Source: the human T2T-CHM13v2.0 reference genome, Homo sapiens. From it: a DNA stretch of 64,000 nt. The stretch's first letter is position 1. Each line of letters starts with the position of its first letter. The position numbers and the translations under genes were made by a program. The notes below the pieces were generated by a model. It made no database searches, was not told the DNA's origin, and saw only the letters and a program-made list of their open reading frames with translations. The stretch lies in NCBI RefSeq assembly GCF_009914755.1, contig NC_060926.1. One strand, written 5' to 3'. Below are positions 54,289-64,000 of the stretch, piece by piece.

Positions 54289-54635
54289 GGAGTCACGGTG
54301 CAAGCCAGCAAGCCCCACTGCACTTGCTTGGTGAGAGGGAGTCACGGTGCAAGCCAGCAAGCCCCACTGCACTTGCTTGGTGAGAGGGAGTCACGGTGCA
54401 AGCCAGCAAGCCCCACTGCACTTGCTTGGTGAGAGGGAGTCACGGTGCAAGCCAGCAAGCCCCACTGCACTTGCTTGGTGAGAGGGAGTCACGGTGCAAG
54501 CCAGCAAGCCCCACTGCACTTGCTTGGTGAGAGGGAGTCACGGTGCAAGCCAGCAAGCCCCACTGCACTTGCTTGGTGAGAGGGAGTCACGGTGCAAGCC
54601 AGCAAGCCCCACTGCACTTGCTTAGTGAGAGTGAG
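54195..54635. repeat. 49-bp minisatellite, 9 copies
   Basis: Unit tcacggtgcaagccagcaagccccactgcacttgcttggtgagagggag, starting at 54195, 54244, 54293 ... 54587. Confidence 0.97.
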
Positions 54636-55541
54636 AGCATTGCTGTTTCTTGGTATGCTGTTTTCTGTATAATTTCTGTAACCCCCATGGGACAAGCTGC
54701 ATTAACCTGGGGGAGTGAAGCCAGCTCCCTGTCCCACTAACACCCCTCCTTGGCCCCGTGCCCACCCACCCTGGCCCTGTCCCATCCTCTCTGTCCTGGT
54801 CCTCCCTGCCCATCCTCTCTTCTGAGACTGGGTCAGCTCCACTCGCCCCATCAGGCTGCTCTTGCTGCGACAATGCACTTTCCACAGCTCCCACTGAAGA
54901 CACGTGCAGTCACCCACTGCCCCTAGTGCTGGGACTGAGTGTGGCCGAGAGGGCGGAGAGCCCTTGCCAGCCCTTGCCAGCTGGGGGAGCCCACGTGTTC
55001 CTTACTCACCCTGGAACACCAACACACACAGGTGTAAGGGAATTACAACACAAGACACTTAAGAATCTTTAAAGGGAAAACTGATGACAAATGTAAGAGA
55101 ATTCACTGGAAAAGACAGAACCACTGAGAAATTCTTTAAATTATATTAGGGAAATAAGGAAAGTATTCTATTTGGAAAGGGGAAAAAGCACTCCTTAACA
55201 CAAAAGAACTTATCAGTCTTTAGTCTAATGATCTTATCAGTGTGTGCTATGAATCCATGCGTATGCTATGAATCCATATGTGTGCTCTCCGTGAGTAGGG
55301 AAGTTCAGCAGTTTCATGTCTCCTTTAGGCTGCCGCCTTCGATCCTGAGTTAATCACCACCACTGACTTTCAAAGTCTCCTTCACTCCCTCTGTGGGTGA
55401 GGGGAGCAGAATCAGGGCCTCCCTTTCCTGGCGGACAGCAAGGACCTCATGAGACAGGTGGTCTGGTGTCTTCCTGCAATGACGGCCCAGGTGCAAGGGG
55501 CCTGTGCAGGTGAGGACGGTGGAACAGAAGTGGAGCCTTTA

Positions 55542-57122
<1,581 letters not shown>

Positions 57123-58737
57123 TATTTCCACCATGAAGCCTAGTTTGCACGATTCCCACTTGTGCTGTGAGCTCTGGGGGTCCCCTCACCAAGCCCTTGT
57201 GTGAGTAGGTCCATGTTTTAGGGTTTCACCACCGCCTACTTCCTGGAGCTGCTCAGCCCAGCCTGTCCTGCACCGAAGCACACTTCTGTGTCCCCACGGC
57301 CTCCCCAGCACACGCGTGTGGGCCAAGTGCATCACCCGATGGGCGCCTCCCTTCATATGGATTTTCAGAGGCCCCTCCCTGGGGGCAGCCAAAAATGCAC
57401 TCACCGGGCCCAGTGTCCCTTCCCACCACCAAGGACCTTCCAGAAACATCACGGCAGACGGCAGCAGGGCTGGCCCTAAAACTTTTTCATTCAGCTTTTA
57501 TTACAAATGAAATTCCCCACTGATGTCACTGAAAGTATCAACTTTGACCAGAAGAAACAAAAATGCTGAAAATTCAATGTGACCCCTTTTCGGGGATGAC
57601 CGCAGATCAGAATCTTATTGAAAAGTTCCTCTGATTTCTGGTGGTGGAGGGACACAACCCCCAAGGGCTTAAACACCAGGTGAAGATCCCGCGGGCTACT
57701 CTCTAGAGGGCCAGCAGTCATGAGTCCCATCAGGGACGCTGAGGCAACGGGAGGGCCCATCTCAATGCTGGGAGCACGCGGTGCCTGATCCTGGTGCCCC
57801 GCGTCCCATGAGCAAGCTCAGACGGGAGAAGAGTGATGCGTGGGACTGTGTGGCTTCAGCCTGTTCAAGTCAGTGCTGACAAACTCTGCCCTCCAAACAT
57901 GCGTCAAATCCACACCTAGGCACCTTGCCCGCCAAGAAACTCACTTCTGGAACTTAGATGGGAGTCACAGGAGACCCTGGGTGGCTTCTGAGCAGTCTGC
58001 TTCTGTTCTTTTTTCTGAAGAGAGCCAGTCCACACAATTTCCCCTAGACCTGCCTCTGCGGCAGCTGTAGAAAGTGCTTTCCAAGGACACAGGAGCTGTG
58101 CCCCGAGGGCCATCGTTAGGGGCTGAGGAAACAAGGTGAATCTAGACAGGGGCAGCGAGCTTCCTGCCACGGGTCAGATAGGAGGCACCTGACCTCAGTC
58201 TGTGGGCCACACGGTCTCTGCCAGGACCACGTGATGCTGCCCTTGTGGTGCCCAAGACAGGACAGACAGTGCATCGGCGTGCGAGCGTCCCTGTGCTCTG
58301 ATAACACTGTGCCAAGAGCACAGGCGGCAGGACTTGGCCCACCAGCTGGAGTTGCCCAAACCTCTGCTCTGGTCCTGTCCATACAACTTCTGTAACATTC
58401 TTCCATGCATGATTCTGGTCCCAGAGTGAGAGGTTTCTTCTCACCTACTGGGACCCCACCACAAAGCATGGCGATTTCGCAAACATGGTGTACAACACAG
58501 GAAACACCGCACTGGCCTCAGAGCGTGCGTGGAGTTGGTGTCGGCACTCCCGCCGCAGGGCTGGGAGGGGAGAAATCAGTCTAGTCAGTGGCAGGATGGA
58601 GAGAATGCCTTGGAATCCAGGAGTCCTTTGACTCTTGCTGGACCCAGGGCCCTGCCCTGGACACTGGAAGGCACTGGCCCCACAGTCCTTTCTGACCGAC
58701 ATTCCGAGGCTTCCTCCATGGCTCTGACCAACCTAAT

Positions 58738-58903
58738 GGGCAGCAGGACTGAGGGGGGCCGCAGGACTGAGGGGGCCGCAGGACTGAGGGGGGCAGCAGG
58801 ACTGAGGGGAGCAGCAGGACTGAGGGGGGCAGCAGGACTGAGTGGGGAAGCAGGACTGAGGGGGCCACAGGACTGAGGGGGGCCGCAGGACTGAGGGGGC
58901 CGC
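58738..58903. repeat. ~18-bp G-rich minisatellite, 9 copies
   Basis: gcaggactgagggggcc(g/a) units. Confidence 0.93.
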
Positions 58904-59728
58904 CCTCTGCTTTCAACTGTCCACATCATCCCAAGGAGACTCGCTTCTAATTATTTTAATAAAGTTCTTGTCATGAAACCTTTTTCTTTGGACAGAAAAA
59001 CACATTTCCAGCCATGCTTTTGGTGTGGATTTTAAAGCCAAGACCTTTTTCAATGAGAACCACAGGCGTTTTGTGTGGACGCTGTGTCCTTGGCGAGGCA
59101 CTCTGACTGCTGCTTTGCAGCGAGCGCACGTGGAGGCTTTACTTCCCCACTTTGAAGTGCTGCTGAGCTATTTTACTTCTAATCCCCCTCCAAAAAGAAG
59201 TCCTGTGAAAATCGCCGTTAAATGAAGTTCATACCAAGAGAGTCTCTGCTGTCTAGGCTTGGTGTGTGGCGTTGCCTCAAAGCCAGTCAAAACAAAATGG
59301 GAAAGATGAGCCCAGGCTCGTGGGCACTGGCACGTCGGCCACACGTGAGGCTGCGTGGGGCACAGTCGGATGCACGTGCCCACACACTCATTTTCATTTT
59401 ACTGGGCTCAACACCCTCTAGGTTGTGATCCCAAACACCTGCTAGACATAAGAAGGTCAGAACGTGAGGTGCATGAGTGCACCTTCAGCACCCGTTTGTG
59501 GCGCGACTAAGAAACGTCCCTTCTCCTCCATGGGACATGACTTCTTTGCCTGTAAAAAGGAAGCTGAGCATGGCACTCCCTGTGTCTTCAGGACTGTGCT
59601 TACCCTCCACGACTTTCCTACAAGAGGAAGCTGAAGGAATGTCCCTGTTTAATAGATGCTGCAAAAAATGGGAAACTGGACTCACATTTTATTCCCAGAA
59701 TTAAACTTTTAATAAAGAACTCAGTCTC

Positions 59729-60051
<323 letters not shown>

Positions 60052-60573
60052 CTAAAAAAATAAGATTGAGATGTTTGCCGTGGGCCTCTCAAGCCATCAC
60101 TTTAAGGAGAGTATTTCCATGAGGTCACTTTTGGCCTTTCTTGGGGCAACCTGAGGGGAGAGAGGGGTGGGCTCGCAGTTTCCCAAGGCAGTAGGCCCAC
60201 TGATCGTCCACTGATCGTCAGCTCAAGAGGCAGGAGAAATGGGTGGAAAGAGGGGATCTTTAGAGAAGGTGGACAAATGCCTGTAAGGTGCACCCCTGGG
60301 GCCGGCAAGCCCAGGGAAGCCATGACTGTGGTGCCCAGAGGGTGCCTGTGCCCGTGAGGCACGTACAGAGGGAAACGTGGTGCTAAGGGGAGAGAGCGGC
60401 TTCTCCTCGCGGTGGCCTCTGCATTTAGGGAGGTCCCGTGTGAAGCCGTGGGGTGCCACGCATCCCCTTCCCGTGGCCTCAATGTGGCTTCTCTGGCACC
60501 TTCGTTACCGACACAGCACTGCACCCTTCACTCGGTCATCAGCCAACCTGCACCTGCAGCCTGAAGACGACAT

Positions 60574-61078
60574 CTCCCCTCAGCTTCCCAGGGAATAGAG
60601 CTGGGCTGGGACAGCAGACAGGTGCCAGCCACTCCCCTTGGTTTCCCGGGAAACAAAGCTGGGCCGGGATAGCAGGTGGGTGCTGGCCACTTTCCTCGGC
60701 TTCCCAGGGAGACAGAGCTGGGTTGGGACAGCAGGCGGGTGCCAGCCACTCCCCTCAGCTTCCTGGGAAACAGAGCTGGGCTGGGATAGCAGTAGCAGGC
60801 GAGTGCCAGCGAACTCTCCTTGGCTTCCTGGGAGACAAAGCTGGGCCAGGATAGCAGTAGCAGGCGGGTGCCAGCCACTCCCCTCAGCTTCCGGGGAAAC
60901 AAAGCTGGGCCGGGATAGCAGTAGCAGGCGGGTGCCGGGCCACTCTCCTGGGCTTCCCAGGGGAACAGAGCTGGGTTGGGTTGGAACAGCAGGCGGGTGT
61001 TGGCCACGCCCCTCGGCTTCCCAGGGGGAACAGAGCTGGACCGGGACAGCAGGCAGGGTGCCGGCCACTCTGCTTCCT
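60574..61078. repeat. ~58-65-bp minisatellite, ~8 copies
   Basis: ctcccctcagcttcc...ggga(a/g)acagagctggg...cagcaggcgggtgccagcca units. Confidence 0.92.
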
Positions 61079-61599
61079 CGAAAGGCCATCGCTCGTGCAG
61101 CCTCCCAGCTGTGCTCTGCGCAAGGGGCTGTGTCACGGGGCACGTCTAGCTCTAAACCACCACATACCATCAAATTATGGCCTGTACATACCATCCTCAA
61201 AAGCCACAACTGCATCTAAATGCAATAATTCACTTAACAGCTGGGTTTCAACATCTGGAAAGAAATGACCTTCCAGTTCATTCCCCTAGTAGGACCCTAA
61301 ACAAAACTCACCACACCTTCCGTCAACACAAGCCTCAGAGCAAACCGAGCTTATGGGGCCAAGAGGCTGCAGTCCTGTGGCCACCCACAGCCGGCAAGCC
61401 TCTGGGGACTCCGTGGGAACTGGGCTCAGGGCTGGCACGCCATGCTTGAGTTTCTGGCTGCCGTTCTGCCCCAATAAATGCCCTGGGGCATCGTCCACAC
61501 AAACTGGCTCCTCACTGGCTCTCCCTACTAAGGGGCCTCCAGGTGGAGATGCTCCCAACCACCCACTTGGATGGACACTTTCTCACTTTTTCCTGAAAA

Positions 61600-62020
61600 C
61601 AGACTGAAGCAAAAGCGTCCCCACTGAACCCTCATCCACCCCCACCTGAACCTTCTCCCGCTGGATCTCTGCCCAGCACCCTTCAGCCTCCTCTAAGCCA
61701 GCACCTCGAGACCTCACCAAGTGCCCTCTCCCCCAAAATCAGCCCCTACTCCCCTCAATCCCATCTCACTTCAACCTCTTTGAGATGGCCCCACCTCACC
61801 AGCCTGTGGCCCTGTCCCAATCTCTGCCGCTGTTTTCTGGGCTTGTCCACTGGCCCCCAGATCCTACCCTGGAATGCTCTTTGCCAGGTCCAAGTCTGTC
61901 ACCTAAGCTGCCACAAGACGGGCCTGTCCAACATGCAGAGCTGGCCGTGATGCTTCTTCATTCCACAGTCAGAGGCCCCGATAGAGCCCCTGCCATCAGG
62001 GCCAAGGTCTGGCTCTGTGG
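61600..62020 (+). mobile_element. Probable L2 remnant
   Basis: Pyrimidine-rich, C-skewed block (ccacctgaaccttctcc...ccatctcacttcaacctc) typical of L2; weak. Confidence 0.35.
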
Positions 62021-64000
62021 ATGCAGCCCAGGTGAGCGGGTTTGCACCATCGGGCTCTGTTCCTTCGGGACGGCCCTTCTCCCATAATGTCCCGTGCCAG
62101 GCTCGTTCTTCCAGGACTCAGCTGGGGGCTTGCCTCCTCCAGAAACTTCCTTGGCCCCACCAAGTGGGCAGGTCCCCTGAGGTCTTACCGGGCCTGCCTA
62201 GAGCTTGTCCTCCCAGTCCCCCGCTATCCTCCAGGGCAGGCACTGTGCCGGCTCCACTGTTCGCTTCTTACAGGGCCGGCCCCACAGGCGAGCGAAGGCT
62301 GGCGCAGGACGAGCTCTCTCAGCTCTGAGGCTGTAGCTTATATGCTTTTGCTTCTTTTTGCTTCTCAGATAAATTTCTACATAGGAAAATACTTGGATGC
62401 ACTTAAAGAGACATAATTGCTTTTAGAAAAGAAGGTGGCACGGTCTGTATGAAAACTTCATAACCCTGACTTCCTCAGGCAAGAAACCCAGGGACCAGCG
62501 TGGTGTGTGCAGCGGGTGCCACTCAGCAATGGTGAAAACAGCAGACATCAGGCGCTGCGACTCCTAAAACACACCTGTCTACAAAAGGCAGCAACAGCAG
62601 CAACACAGCAACACAGCTTACGGAAGGAACGAACATTCAAGAGCCTCAGCCTTCCCGTCTTACTTGAAAGTTTGGGGAAAGTGAAATAGCTTTGCCCAGT
62701 TGCTCAATTTCAAGGCTAATGCCAATTCGTGAAGCTATCACAGTTATTGCTTGAGAAGATCCAGTTTCAGAGACATCTTTGATAAACTTCGTAATATCAC
62801 AGTGGAATCTAAGCTACGAACCACGGGCATCTGGATGTGGCGCTCATCCCTGACGGAAGAGTCCCCATGTCCCCGCGCACAGGTGAGGGATGGGTTACAG
62901 AGCACCATCTTCATCGTCATCGTCATCTCCCTACAAGCCCCCACCCCCAGCGGCTCAGACTTTACTCAGCAACTTCAAAGCCGCGTCTGGCACCGGGACT
63001 GGTTTGAATTAAGGTTCCCTTTTCTCCTACGAGTCTCCGGGCCTGAGGAGAAAGTGCCGGCTGCTTCTGGATTTCATTAGGGGCAATTTTCTTATCTTTT
63101 CTTCGTCTTAGGCTTGATCCCCTGAAAATGCAATGTGGCAGGCAACGGGTCTGAATAACAAGGTGCTGCCTGGAAGGCATGCATTGTCCCCGGGGGCCCC
63201 CGTGGGGGAGAAGAGCAGAAGAAAGGGGAAAACCAATTTCTGACCCTTCTTCCCCATCATCGGATGCCCAGGGAACCATAAATTGTAAACTTCAAAGTGC
63301 TATTTTACATTAAAATCAATAAAAAAAAAACCCTGAAACAATTTTCCTTTTCAAAGATGCTATTTAAGCTTTAAAAAGTTCACTTGATAAGGTATTATCA
63401 CGGACACACTTGGCAGGAGATTAAAGCACACGCCAAGAGCAACTCAGAAAGGCACGTTCATCCTAAAGGCTGGCTGGGCCGGCCGGGGCCTGGGGAGGGG
63501 GAGTGACCCTGACGGCAGACGCCCATTGCTGCTTTGGGCCTGGGCTTGCCCGCCAGCAGGGATGCCACGGGGTGAGGGTTTCACCCCAGGACCCAAGAGC
63601 CGAAGGCACCACTGAGAAACGCCTATGGGGTGAGGGTGGCTCCATCAAAACCTGGCCTGGGACCACTGACCTGAAAGAGGGCAGCACCCCCTTTCTCCCC
63701 GTCCACCAGGAAAGCCCTGCCTTCTCTCTCTGCACGGGAATTTGGCCACAGTGGGCCCTGGGTCCCCCGGGTGGCACCAGTGTTCACTCAGGCAGGAAGT
63801 CCATCAGGCAGCATGCACACCTCTTATGGTGGCCAGAGACTTTGCTTTCAGAGAAGCCTCCAAGGGGGGCCAGTTCTCTGGGGCGACAACTAAGTGAGGG
63901 GCAACGGGAGCACATTCCATGAGCAGATGGTGACACGCCCACGCCAGGGGTCCGATTTCATATGAGCTCATTTTCGGAAGTGGTACACATTGGGGGAAGT

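Noticed and set aside
54195-54635. CRISPR-like regular array
   Set aside because: Head-to-tail near-identical units with no unique spacers, no cas genes, and a eukaryotic context.

Overview
Human (primate) genomic DNA, GC-rich and minisatellite-dense, consistent with subtelomeric 2q37.3. The right half holds the 3' end of HDAC4 on the minus strand. Five coding exons (53863-53981, 52096-52229, 40122-40206, 38833-38974, 38470-38509) splice in frame with canonical GT/AG sites and encode the class IIa deacetylase C-terminus (residues ~912-1084, including D934 and H976). A ~4.9-kb 3'UTR follows, ending near an AATAAA at 33563-33568. An intronic 49-bp VNTR carries the miR-4440 sequence. Positions 1-33.5 kb are intergenic DNA downstream of HDAC4. 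Mobile elements include nine Alus, old L1/L2/MIR fragments, MaLR solo LTRs, a 5'-truncated SVA nested in an MLT1 LTR, a MER3 and a near full-length HSMAR2 mariner split by an Alu. Nearly all ORFs in the supplied track are spurious. I see no convincing evidence of a new multi-gene system. The best leads are regulatory: a miRNA-encoding VNTR with two seed variants, a local ~365-bp duplication, inverted Alus around two catalytic-domain exons, possible alternative polyadenylation that would split miRNA sites, and motif-multimerising VNTRs. Repeat family names come from recalled consensus sequences and need RepeatMasker confirmation.
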